A DNA stretch of 64,000 nt from Mobula hypostoma (taxonomy: Eukaryota), in assembly GCF_963921235.1 (NCBI RefSeq), contig NC_086097.1, positions 13,950,001 to 14,014,000 of the forward strand. Direction: 5' to 3'. The position numbers and the translations under genes were made by a program. Under the pieces are notes generated by a model. It made no database searches. It worked only from the letters and a program-made list of their open reading frames with translations, and was not told where the DNA came from. Each line of letters begins with the position of its first letter. Positions within the stretch are counted from its first letter, which is position 1. Shown one piece after another: positions 22,156-33,455 of this stretch.

Positions 22156-24955
22156 AGCATTAAAATGCTACTTGCTTTCATTCCCAACAGGAAGATTAGG
22201 TTCTTGGAGTGCTTTGATTCAAAGTGTAAATAAGATGATGTCAGCAAGAACAGTATACAATGAATGGTTAATATGGAAAGACCAATAGTCCATAAATGTG
22301 TGGCAATTTGACTGGAAAATCAGTTCTGTACTGATGTACCAGCTGCCTGTTCTCTGTCATTGTACTAGCCATATCCCATTCTGGCGATACTCAGGGAACA
22401 CCACAGTATACTTACTCCAAAGAGATTCAAATCAAATGCTTCCAGAGTGCTGGAAGTCTTGACTTCAAGACACTCAGGAATAAAATGACACATTGACAAT
22501 TTTTTCCCATCGCAGCCCTTTAACTCTGGAAGGTAAGATGGTGATAGTTTGACAGGTCACCGAGTGGTGGACAGTGCAGCAGTATGTTTTCATATACAAC
22601 CCTGAGATTCAGTTTCTTGAGTAAGCCATCAAGATAATGAATCTCAGGGTTGTACATGGTGACATATATGTACTTCAATAATAAACTCACTTTCAACTTT
22701 GGACTTTGAACAGATTGAGCACACCAAAGTTATGTGGAATCCAATTTCTAGACAATGTTGTCGATTTTGCATCAGTGACCACAGATCAAACCGTGACTCA
22801 TTTTTAGGGGCCTTGGGGTCACCCATTTTCCCCATTAATTGGATTTTTTCTTTAAAAATCCAATGGTGGAGTCAAGCCCTGACATTCTAACAAGCCCAGC
22901 GTCGATGATTAATTCTCTCTCAAATTTCAATGCCCAACCAATACCTTTCCTTGAGGACTCTTGTGACTTGTGCCTTGCTACCAAGTTACTCCCTGAAGCA
23001 ACACTGACAGTGGGGGTCAGAGAGCAGTTCATGGCCTCATCATCTTCCTTGGGGGGAGGGCAGGGGCTGGGTCAAAGCTGGGTGAGTAGAACTGAGGAAA
23101 GGTAAGGATGCGAAAGGTTGGGGTCAACAGTGATATGAGAGATCGAAACCCACACTGTAGCAATATGGAAATTCTTCATTGTGAAATATAGATAAAGCTT
23201 TAAACTCCAGCAAACACATGAAGAGATAAATTCCCTTTCTGTAGTATATGGGTACAGCAGTCTAGAAGTTGGGACCCAAGATGAGCACATATCTATTCAG
23301 TACAAGCTATGCAAGACAATACTTTGTGAATAGATTTAATGGTCTTTATTTCACGCTGAGGAAACCTCCACAGTGATCGGTTGTTATTTATAAAGTGGAT
23401 ATGATTATTAATTGTATCCTTAGAAATAACTACCACTGGATTTGTGAAAATCAGAGAATTGATATTTCTTAAGTAATTTTTCTATAAAGGGAGGGGGAAG
23501 GGTTTTGATGAAAAGTGGGGGAAGTATTGATAAGAAATGTGTTTCCAGTGTGCTTTACAAGCTCTTATGATGGTAGTACTCTGTTAAGCTTCATTGTCAT
23601 ACTGGAAAGCCAAGTAGTTTGCAGTAATGAGGGGCTGCCCTTTATAATCAAAAAACAAAGTTGGGAAAGATTCCTCATCTACATGTCACACAGAAGCTAT
23701 GTACAAGGTTGACATGTCATTGTTGTTTAAATTATTTCCCAACAGATCAATACTAATTTGTAAGGACCATATGGTAATGCTATATTTTGGTCTGGCAGTG
23801 ATCGTGTTACATGCACTGCATTATGTGGATGTGAAAGGGTTAATTGTTTCCTTAGGAAAGGACTCTGCACACAAAGGAAGGGCAGCCTGGGCTAGGGAAC
23901 AAGGTTGGCACTGAAGGCCAGGGTCAGTGACAGTAGCAAAGGTCTAGCACGGAGGCAGCAAACTGACAACCCAGACTTGACTTCCTGTTGACCTGCATCG
24001 GTTGAGAAGGATGTGGAGGGTCACGGTCAGGTCCACAGTGCTGCCATCTGAGCTCTGCACTTCCTGTTGTGATGGTAATCAGAACCACTCTGCCACTCCT
24101 CCCCAGCTCACTTCAGCTCCCAATAATCCACATCAGTAATACAAGCTACACTGCATGCCTGGATACTCAGAATCCTCGGCTCACAGCAGTAAAGCGGATC
24201 CAATTGATTTTTCGGCAAAGTGCTCCACCATCATTGCAATGTCCATTCTTATTAAGCGTGCAGCCTATTTACTGAGATGTGTGTACTAGGAATGTAGCAT
24301 TATCACTAATTCTCTTTTTTACGAAGAGCACTGCCTGTAAGAGCGAATCAATTCCAGTGAAGCGAACACCTGATAGAAATTAATACTTCCACTGAGTCAT
24401 TTTAAAACATAAATTCTGTGTCTAGTCATCGTAACCACTCTTGTTAACCAAATCACTTGAGCTGTAGCTTCTTGTTAAGCAAATGCGTATAGCCAACTTA
24501 CATATTTTTTTTCCCTATTATGAGCTGAAATGGTAAATATCTTTCAAGGCATTTATTAATCTGTCCTTCCTACCACGAGTTAAAGGAACAAACTGGAATG
24601 AAACTATTTATGTCCCAGATTACGCACTCAGACCTCTAGTCTGAATAAATTATAACTTACTTACCGTGATTCATTGGCGTCTAGAGAGCAAAATAAATAA
24701 CTTTTTGACTCTGCTCTTTATAGATCTGGGAAGAAACAAAATAAATCAAAGCAGATAAAGGAATGTGTTCAGCACTGAGCCGGGAGCAGGGAAAAAAAAT
24801 AAGGAAAGGGTCAGTTTTGAGATGGTGAGATAGGTCATGTTCTGGGGAAAGGACTCCTCATCTGTCTTACGACATTGCCCCATAAAAGTGTCAACAATTA
24901 GAACAATAGATCATAGGAACAAGTCTTTGGACCATGGTATCTAGTAAAAGATACA

Positions 24956-25184
24956 AGTAAACACACACAAAAAGCTGGTGGAACTCAGCAGGCCAGGCAG
25001 CATCTTTGGAAAAGAGCAAAAAGTCGAAGCTTCAGGCCGAGACCCTTTATCAGGACAGCGATCTCTGCCTAAAATGTCGACTGTTTGCTTTTTTGCACCG
25101 ATGCTGCCTCGCCTGCTGAATTCCTCCAGCATTTTGTGTATGTTGCTTTAATTTCCAGGATCTGCAGCTTCTCTTTTGTTTGTG
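24956..25184. mobile_element. PLE-derived foldback
   Basis: Inverted arms meeting at GACCCTTTATCAGGAC; TSD AAAAGATACA at 24946-24955 and 25185-25194. Confidence 0.85.
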
Positions 25185-25324
25185 AAAAGATACATGTCTT
25201 TGACTTCAGCACTGATGCACTGTGGTGCAGAGGTTCAAGGTTCAACATGCTTAATTCTTGATCTCTTCGTGTGATATAGACCAATTCACATAATGTTCGG
25301 GAGATGTATATGAAAACCTTGCAT

Positions 25325-25585
25325 GGTGCGGCATGATAGGGTAGTGGTTAGCACAACGCTTTACAGTACCGGCAACCCGGGTTCAATTCCCATCACAGCC
25401 TGTGAAGAGTTTGTACACTCTCCCCGTGACTGTGTGGGTTTCCTCTGGGTGCTCTGGTTTCCTCCCACAGTCTGAAGACATATCAGTTGGTAGTGTAAAT
25501 TGTCCCATTATTAGGCTAGGATTAAACCAGGAGTTGTTGGGCGGCACAGCTTGAAATTCCAGAAGGGCCTGTTCCACAGGGCATC

Positions 25586-25590
<5 letters not shown>
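25325..25590 (+). mobile_element. Full-length tRNA-derived V-SINE (HE1-like)
   Basis: Pol III A box TAGTGGTTAG, B box GGTTCAATTCC, V-domain TCTCCCCGTGACTGTGTGGGTTTCCTCTGGGTGCTCTGGTTTCCTCCCACA and a CR1-like tail. Confidence 0.85.
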
Positions 25591-25630
<40 letters not shown>

Positions 25631-25636
25631 AAATAA

Positions 25637-25676
<40 letters not shown>
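25587..25676 (+). repeat. Compound microsatellite (CAAT)n(AAAT)n(AT)n grown from the SINE tail
   Basis: Direct reading of the sequence. Confidence 0.95.
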
Positions 25677-25679
<3 letters not shown>

Positions 25680-25846
25680 TTTAAAAGCCATACCACTTGA
25701 GCATCCAGCTGCCTGCTGTGGGACTGTGCTCTTTAGTCATATTCTCTGTTTACAGAGTTGTCCCTTTAATTTCAAAACTGATCACTGTTTATAGTTTACA
25801 ATTGAACAGCTTTTTTTGAAGACTGGTTATCGTTTGTATCCATGTC

Positions 25847-26340
25847 TAGATAGATAGATAGATATACTTTATTAATCCCGAGGGAAATTTGGTTTCGTTA
25901 CAGCCGCACCAACCAAGAATAGAGCATAAATATAGCAATACAAAAACCACCAACAATCAAACAACAAAATGCAAATTATGCCAGATGGAAAATAAGTCCA
26001 GGACCAGTCTATTGGCTCAGGGTGTCTGACCCTCCACGGGAGGAGCTGCACGTTCGATGGCCACAGGCAGGAACGACCTCCCGTGACGCCAAGTGTTGTA
26101 TCATGGTGGAATGTGGCCGAAGTCCAACAGTAAAAAGTTCAATATCCAGTCTGCAAACACGTTCCTCAATCGTAATATGCCCCGGATTGCACCATCTGTT
26201 GTTAACCACATCAGTAAGCACCCAACTCCTTTTACGCTTACCGCTCTCAGTGCACTTCTGGTCAGCCGGAACGGTATTACCCACCGAACTCCTCTTCTCC
26301 ATAAATCTCTGTTGTCTCAACCCGGTCCTCTTTCCTTGAC
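25847..26340 (-). mobile_element. Internally deleted Rex1-type derivative
   Basis: Endonuclease-region peptide ADQKCTESGKRK...VNNRWCNPGHITIEERVCRLDIELFTVGLRP is joined directly to the GGSDTLSQ 3' end shared with the copies at 10546 and 35291; (GATA)n tail. Confidence 0.75.
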
Positions 26341-26709
26341 TTTGTGATCCTCCTCTGCATCCTCTGTGTGTTTTCCTCCAGATTTCAGCTTCTCTCTACT
26401 TCTCACATAACACAGGGACAGAATGGGAGGCGATTCACACCGAGAACAAAAAAGGCTATTACAAATGGACAATACAAAGAGCTCAACAGTAAAATTAAAA
26501 AGGAGTTTGAGCAAATATCTGAAAAAGTAAGAGCTTTGGAGAACAATGGAGAGCATTGGAACTAATGGGATGACTTTTGCATAGGCACAGCAGGGTTATG
26601 ATGAGCACTCTCCCACACTCATTACCAAATGATCTGATTGTTCTGTAGATAAGAGTAGCCCTTACTTTGAGACACCAATGTGCTTCAAATACTCAAAAAA
26701 CAAATGTTG

Positions 26710-27245
26710 ATAGAGTTATACAGCACAGGAACGAGCTCTTCAGCCCAGTTTAACCATGCTGACCATGATGGCTACCAAGCAATCCTGCAAATGGCCCATA
26801 TCCCTCAAAACCATGGGTTCCCAACCTGGAGTCCATGGATCCCTCAATTAATAGTAAGTCCACATGGCATAAAAAAGGTTAGAAACTCCTGCTCTAAACT
26901 ATAATCCAAATGTACTTTTAACGTTGTTAATATATCTGCCTCAACCATATCTCTGGCAGTTCACTCCATATACTTTTGGAACCTCTGAATGAGGAAGTTG
27001 TCACTCATTTCCCCTATAAATCTTTGATCTCTCACTTTAAACTTATGCCATCTAGTTCTTGGTTCTCCTTCCCTGAGAAAAAGATTGTGTGCATACACTC
27101 TATCTGTGCCTTCGTCTATAATCTTATACACCTCTACAAGGTCACCCCTCAATCACCTGTGCTTCAAGGCATAAAGCCATAGCCTACTCAACCTCCCCCT
27201 ATAGCTTAGGCACTCGAGATTTCGCAAATCATAAATCTTCTTTGA
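26710..27245 (-). mobile_element. CR1/HER1-type LINE 3' fragment containing a hAT MITE
   Basis: MRGDLVEVYKII...RWHKFKVR. Confidence 0.8.
26812..26891 (-). mobile_element. hAT MITE, same family as 21029-21097, opposite orientation
   Basis: Termini CATGGGTTCCCAACCT...AGGTTAGAAACTCCTG; 8-bp TSD CTC[A/T]AAAC at 26804-26811 and 26892-26899. Confidence 0.8.
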
Positions 27246-27264
27246 ACTCCAGTTTGCACAATTT

Positions 27265-27553
27265 ATTTTGCATGTGGGGTGTTGACGTTCTTGCTGCCGT
27301 TTGCATAATGCGTTCTTTTTCTGCATGGGGGGGGGGCTGATGCTCTTGACTCTGCGTGATGTGTTCTTTTGTGCATGGGGGGGATTGATGTTCTTGTTGC
27401 AGTTTGGGACTTTGTTCTTTTTGTGCATGGGAGGGGGTGGGAATGATATTTTCTTGAACGGTTTTCTTTGTTTCGTGGCTATCCGGAGAAGAATCATAGA
27501 GTTGTAAGCTGCAAACATACTTTGATAGTAAATGTACCTTCAACTTTGAACTC
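27265..27553 (+). repeat. Imperfect ~50-bp G-run tandem repeat followed by a LINE-type (TTGAAC) 3' tail
   Basis: Unit TTCTTTT(G/C)TGCATGGGGGGG..TGATG(T/C)TCTTG occurs 3-4 times; the tail family recurs at about 15345, 22635, 37345 (-) and 60930. Confidence 0.65.
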
Positions 27554-27974
27554 TCAGATGTTACCCTTCAGATTAAGTACATTAAGTCCCCCAGTACTAG
27601 CAGAACACAGTGTATTGTGTGCTAATAGTTCCCTCTGAAACTTTCTAAAGCCACAAAGATAGGGTCTCAGCCTGAAGCATCAACTGTACTTTTTGCCATA
27701 GATGCTGCCTGACTTACAGAGTTCCTCCAGCGTTTTGTGTGTATTGATAGGTGCAGTGTGACTGGTGCAGATGAAATAGATTAAGTTAATGGGCAAAACC
27801 ATAACAAATGGGAAACTGTCCACTAAAGACCCAAAAAGCTTAGAACAGAATATCAAATGTGACTATTAAGAACAAATGGATATATAAAGTGGTTTAAGTT
27901 GGATATGGAGTAAGTGTTGTGGTGGGTAATGGGTTGCGGAGAGGCTACAGGTAATGAAGAAATAAATTTACGTA

Positions 27975-28300
27975 CCTACCTCTGGTGCTCCTCTCCCTTC
28001 CCTTTCTTCCATGGTCTTCTGTCGTCTCCTGTCAGATTCTCTCTTCTCCAGCCCTTTATCTCCTTCGGCAATGGACTTCCCAGCTCTTTGTTTCACCCCT
28101 CCCTGTCTCCTGGTTTCACTGATCACCTGCCACCTTGTACTTCTTCCTCTCCTCTCGCCCCTAATTTCTCACTCTGACTTCTTCCCCTTTCCTTTTCAGT
28201 CCCGATGAAGGGTCCCGGCCCGAAACGTCGATCCTTCACTCTTTTCCATAGATGCTGCCAGGCCTGCTGAGTTCCTCCAGCATTTTGAGTGTGTTGCTCA
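27975..28300 (+). mobile_element. PLE 3' UTR and terminal repeat with a near-consensus hammerhead motif (28197-28235, U4>C)
   Basis: Pyrimidine-rich UTR, then CAGTC-CCGATGA-AGGGTCCCGGCCC-GAAA-CGTC-GA, then ATAGATGCTGCC...GAGTTCCTCCAGCATTTTG. Confidence 0.85.
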
Positions 28301-28369
28301 AGATTTTAAAAGACCTTGATTTCACAAGTTATGGTGGGGGGAGATAGTTTGTTTGGGTGCTTCCATATT

Positions 28370-28590
28370 GACCTGTAAGGAGTTTGTACGTTCTCCCTGT
28401 GACCATGTGGGTTTCCTCCAGGTGCTCCGATTTCCTCCTCCAATCCATACAAACATACTGTTTTGGTAGGTTATGGTAAATTGTCCTGTGATTCGGCAGG
28501 AATTAAATCGGATCATTGCAAGGCGGTATGGCTCGAAAGTGCCAGAAGGTCCTATTCTATGCTGTATCTCAATAAACAAGTAAATAAATA
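28370..28590 (+). mobile_element. V-SINE, 5'-truncated
   Basis: V-domain followed by tail CCTATTCTATGCTGTATCTCAATAAA. Confidence 0.8.
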
Positions 28591-29334
28591 ATTTAAAATA
28601 CTAACTGAATATTCTTGAATATGTTAGAGGACCAGGTAGATGTTACGTCTGGTCAGGCCTCCCCTGGAGCAGTTCTGGAGCACCACAGTTTAGGTTTAAG
28701 AGAGTGAAAAATGGTTTTACTAGAGTGATATATGGTTTAAAGTGACAGATTAACTGTGATTTCTATGGATGATGAAATAGGTTTGATAGAGTAAATACCC
28801 ACTTCCTGTACTGACTTTCCTCTTCATTGGATACGTTTGCATTTCCCTGAAATTTAACCTTTATTTTTCAGATTGCCGCGATGCACAACACTGTAGAGTG
28901 AATTTAAAAAAAGAGTATTCACAAGGACTCCGTGCAGAATGAAACCACTTGTGTCTCCAAATCTTTTCTGATTGAATTACCTCAGCATTCATTTCCTATT
29001 TTATTTTGTTCTGAATTTGATGCTGTGGATTCAGATAAATCACTGACATAGGGACAGCATTTACTTGGAATAATTGCCATTCCCCATTCCAATGTGTTAC
29101 GCACTACCATCTGAATAAACATGTATCACTTCATGCAGAACATGACACCTTAACATTCTCATTCACTTCTGTTGGACAGCGGTTCTTGTCCAACAATAGC
29201 ATTTTGCATTATGTCCATTATTCAGTTGTCTTTGCAACTTATTTTCCATTTAACCACTTCAAAGCTGGTATAGAATATTGCTTTACCACAAGCACTTGTT
29301 GAATTATTTGTGACACAGTAACATGGCTAATAGA

Positions 29335-29800
29335 GTGACTCCTGCCTGGTATGGGGGCCTGGGCTATTGCACAGGATCGAAGTAAGCTGCAGAAAGTTGT
29401 AAAGTCATGGGTACTAGCTTCCATAATACGCAAGACATCTTCAAGGAGCGGAGACTCAGAAAGGCAGCGTCCATTATTAAGAGGGCATGCCCTCTTCTCA
29501 TTGTTACCATCAGGAAGGCAGTACAGAAGCCTGATGGCACACACTCAGTGATTCAGGAACAGCTTCTTCCCCTCTGCTATATGATTTCTGAATGGACATT
29601 GAACCCATGAACACTACCTCATTACTTTTTTACTTTTGTTTTTGCATTACTTATTTAATTTAACATATATATATATATTTACTGTAATTCACTTTTTTTC
29701 TCTATATTTAGCATGCATTGTACTGCTGCTGCAAACATTAACAAATTTCATGACATATATGACATATGGCGGTGATATTAAAGCTGATTCTGATTCTGAA
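29335..29800 (+). mobile_element. Rex1-type LINE 3' end
   Basis: AQDRSKLQKVV, LFSLLPSGRQYRSL; (TTCTGA)n tail. Confidence 0.85.
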
Positions 29801-29984
29801 TCTGGCTTCATAGCCCCAGTGAACTGGGTTCAATCTGACCTCCGGTGCAGTCTGACTGGAGCTTGCACATTCTCCCTAAAGGCAAAATAAAGATTAGCCT
29901 TATTTGTCACATGCACATTGAAACATCAGAACATACAGTGAAATATGTCATTTACGTCAACATCCAAATACGTGCTGGGAGCAA

Positions 29985-30480
29985 AACCGGCGAGGCAAAA
30001 CAACCACTTCATAAACGGATGGCCCAACATAGGAGGGCTGACAGTTTGGTTAAGACTCGAATGTATATCTACATCTAAAGGACAAGAGACACAGATGATA
30101 ACAATGTGCACATTTTGGACAGGGAGGACAGGTGGTTTGAAAGAGGGGTTAAAGAGGCCATCTTTGTCAAACTGGAAAACCCATCCCTGAACAGAGGAGG
30201 TGGAGTACAAGATCACCTCTCAGCTACTTACAATGTAGTCCTAATATCTGTGCCCCGGTGTCTCCACAACTGTTCACACTTCCATTCATGTAAAGATAAG
30301 ACTAATGACCCTCTCATTACCTCTATGGCTCTTAATAACCCTCATGCAATTGCTATACCTTTAAACAACTCAGAGAGCTTATAAACTACCCACCATGGAT
30401 CAGAACTGAAGAAGTCTCTCAGATGAGTGGTGAAACGTCTGCCAGTCAACACAACAAGTCCAGTTACCCTGATTTATTAC
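29985..30480 (+). mobile_element. Second Penelope-like family: GIY-YIG C-terminal remnant and terminal repeat
   Basis: GEAKQPLHKRMAQHRRA and HILDREDRWFERGVKEAIFVKLENPSLNRGGG...LSATYN are hallmark PLE endonuclease motifs. Confidence 0.9.
30401..30445 (+). ncRNA. Hammerhead ribozyme motif in the second PLE family
   Basis: GAA-CUGAAGA-A-GUCUCUC-AGAU-GAGUGGU-GAAA-CGUC: both core boxes, a stem II hairpin and a GUC triplet are present; stem I is weak. Confidence 0.65.
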
Positions 30481-31039
30481 TGCTTGATATGAAGTTATAG
30501 AAAAGTGTTGCTGAGTTTGGGGCTGAGAAACTAGAAGTAATTTTTAATGAATTGTTAGTGAAATATATTATCTTAAAACATTTAAGTGAAGGTCATCCAA
30601 CCCAGTCAGAAGAATGGGTCTGTGCTAGTTTTGCCAGGTCTGGCTAGTGAGGAGTCAGGTAGGAAGTGTACCCAGCTGGGTTTCCATAGATAACACAGGC
30701 TGACACTAACGTCGTTGGTGTCAGCGAGGCAAGCCCCTTTGATGCCTTGCACATTATCAGCATGTAGATCAGCGTGTGCAATCTTCACAGCCTGCTCTTA
30801 CACTTTTCCAGCAGGAGAGAGTGAATCAATGGGATCAGGAGAAGGACGAGGATCTAAAGAGGCTGGAGTACATTACTGTCCAGTGAATGGACGTTTGTTT
30901 GGTCAAAGAGGCCACAAAGGGTCTCCAGGCTTTGGACTGGCACTCTTAGCATGCATTTGCCATGGAAGTTTCTAGAAGAGAGTGAGTGCACGATCTGCAA
31001 AGAAACACTGGTGTCCCCCTCACGCTCTCCTGTGCCCTG

Positions 31040-31270
31040 ATGGATAGTGAAAGAAGCCTTCTCTTCTCGATGCGGAATTTGTTTGGTGTCTCTAATACAG
31101 CTGTGCGCAGCGAAATGTGAGATGGGGCAGGGGTCAGCCACAGCAACCTGAAAGGTTCCTGAGGCTAGGAAGCTGAGAATGACTGTGACCCTGACCTCCG
31201 CAGGCAAAGAAGTCAAGGCACACATATGTGAGATGGCATCTGAGGTCATAGGAAGCCACAGGCATCAGCA
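31040..31270 (-). mobile_element. PIF/Harbinger transposase relic (N-terminal HTH region)
   Basis: SLPAEVRVTVILSFLASGTFQVAVADPCPISHFAAHSCIR resembles the HARBI1-like motif LP.E.KV..AL.F.ASGSFQ....D..GISQ..A..CI. Confidence 0.65.
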
Positions 31271-32401
31271 AGGGCAAACAATGCATCTTGAAAGTTTCAG
31301 GGAAATTTGGATCAGAATTAAACAGGGTCCTCATGAGCAAGTGAAAATAGTTGAAAATCTCACTGCAGGTGAACTTAACGTGTCACATCACCATCCATAG
31401 CATCCGGAGGTGTATTTTGTTGGCAAAAGGCATGACAGGACCAATGAAATTTGCCTTTGTGAAATTAGTTGAATTTCCTGTTAGAAACCGAGGAATTTAG
31501 AAATATTAACTAAATTTACAAAATATAAGTAAAAGAGAGGGCATATAATATTGCAAAATTTAACATGAAGCTGAAGGATTGGAAAGCTTTCAAAAACAAA
31601 CAGATGGCAACTAAAGAAACAAAAAGATAAAATAGAAGACTTTTTCCCAGGGTGGAAATGGTGAAAATGAGAGGCAAACTTTAAGGTGTTTGGAGAGAAG
31701 TAAAGGGGTAAGTCAGAGGTATTCTTTTACACAGAGAGTGGTAGGTGCATGTCAGGGATGGTGGGGGAAGCAGGTACTTTAGGGTTGTTTAGATAGGCAC
31801 ATGGATGAAAGAGAAATGGTGGAAGGAAGTGTTAGATTGATCTCAGAGTAGGTTGAAGTGGTAGCACAACGTCATGGGCCGAACAATCTGTACTGTGAGA
31901 CTGTGCAGCAGCTTTCTATGAAAGAAAGCTGGCTAATAATATAAAAGAGGTAAAAGATGTACTTGTTTTTAAACTGTTATTTATTTATTTATTAACTATT
32001 TTATTTTTAGCAATACAGTGTGGAGCAGACTGTTCCAGCTTTCGAGAAGCGCCAATCTTGCAATCCCAACCGCCCCAATTTAACCCTAAACTAATCACGG
32101 AACAATTTAAAATGACCAATAGATCAACTGTGCAATAACCAGAGGCTGGACAAACTTTAGGGTGTTTTCTCACAAGTGACTGAGGCTGAGGGGAGATCTG
32201 ATAGAGGTTAATAAGATTATTAGAGGCATAGATAGGGTAGACAGGCAGTGTCTTTTTCGCAAGGTTGAAATGTCTAATACCAGAGGGCATGCATTTAAGG
32301 TGAGGGGGTGGTAATTTCGAAGGAGATGTGAGAGGCAAGTTTTTTACAACAAAAATAGAGGGTACTATATATTCTAGGTTCTATTTATGTGCAGTGTTGA
32401 C

Positions 32402-32572
32402 AGGGACTAAAGCTTTCTCTAGCCTAATCTGACACATGCATTTGCTCAGTTGATTGCAGATCAGGAAGTCAACAGTATTTAACAATTAGTACACAGAGGT
32501 CTCTATGTGCGCACAGGTCTACCTTATGGTGTGAAGTCATCATTGAAGATATTTCAAGCAAGACTGGACAAG
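32402..32572 (+). mobile_element. Ty3/Gypsy LTR-retrotransposon RT relic
   Basis: With frameshifts: GTKAFSSL.LTHAFAQL...SQQYLTIST(H)RGLYVRTGLPYGVKSSLKIFQARLD, compared with the Gypsy motif FSKLDL..AY.Q...YLTINTHRGL...RLPFG..S.PAIFQ. Confidence 0.7.
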
Positions 32573-32741
32573 AAGCCACAGTTGAATGCAATCTTTTTGT
32601 GCAATACATGACCAAAAGCCACAAGTAAAGAGAAGAAAATCTTTGAATATTAGAACTGTTCAAGCAGTTGCCTAATCAAAATGCATAACTCAGAAGAAAC
32701 AAGTTCTGCCTTCTCACAGAAAACAGATGACCTTTTCTTAA

Positions 32742-32995
32742 TTTTTTTTATTCGGAGATACATTGCAGTAACAGACCCTTCTAACTAAATGAGCCACACT
32801 GTCCAAATACACCCAAGTGACCAATTGACCTACTAACTTGTACATCTTTGGGATGTAGGAGGAAACTGGAGCACCTGAAAGAAGCCCATGTGCTAATGGG
32901 AAGAACGTACAAACTCCTTATAAGCAGCGGCAGGAAATGAACCTGAATGCCTGGCACTGTAAAGTGGTGTGCTAAACGCAATGCTGCCATGCCCG
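32742..32995 (-). mobile_element. V-SINE
   Basis: Reverse-complement V-domain TGTAGGAGGAAACTGGAGCACC and a tRNA-like head near 32940-32990. Confidence 0.75.
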
Positions 32996-33272
32996 CCCAA
33001 AACTTAGACAAAAAGTAGAAGCAATTTGGTTGCAACCAGTCTGGGGAAAAAAAAGCACTAAAGCAATTGAGGAGGCAGGAAATCTGAAAAGATTCAAGAC
33101 TGCAGATCTAGAGACTCCTTTACAGAATTGAAAATGGCCAGCAAGATCTAAGCTTAATTGTGGAAAATGGAAGAGAAGCATTCTTTACAGAAGGAAAATT
33201 GTGATTCAAGCTGCACTGAAAAATAACTAAAATAATATTTGTGGAACATGGGAGGAAACCGGGTTCAATTCC

Positions 33273-33455
33273 AAAACATGCAAAATGCTGCAGTAACTCA
33301 GCAGGCCAGGCAGCATCTATGGAGAAGTGTAAACAGTTGATGTTTCAGGTCAAGCCCCTTCGTTTGCTTCCATAGATACTGCCTAGCCTGCTGAGTTCCT
33401 CTCGTGCTTTGTGTGTGTTGCCTTGGATTTCCAGCATCTGCAGATTTTCTTGTGT
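33273..33455. mobile_element. PLE-derived foldback inserted in the B box of a V-SINE (SINE continues at 33456-33685)
   Basis: Inverted arms; TSD CC[G/A]GGTTCAATTCC at 33259-33272 and 33456-33469. Confidence 0.85.

Noticed and set aside
25325..25400. tRNA gene
   Set aside because: The A and B boxes continue into a V-SINE body and there is no full cloverleaf.
28197..28235. Functional ribozyme at this copy and at 47066-47103
   Set aside because: Core substitutions (U4>C and A6>C respectively) and weakened stem I make activity unlikely; they were used only as evidence for the consensus.
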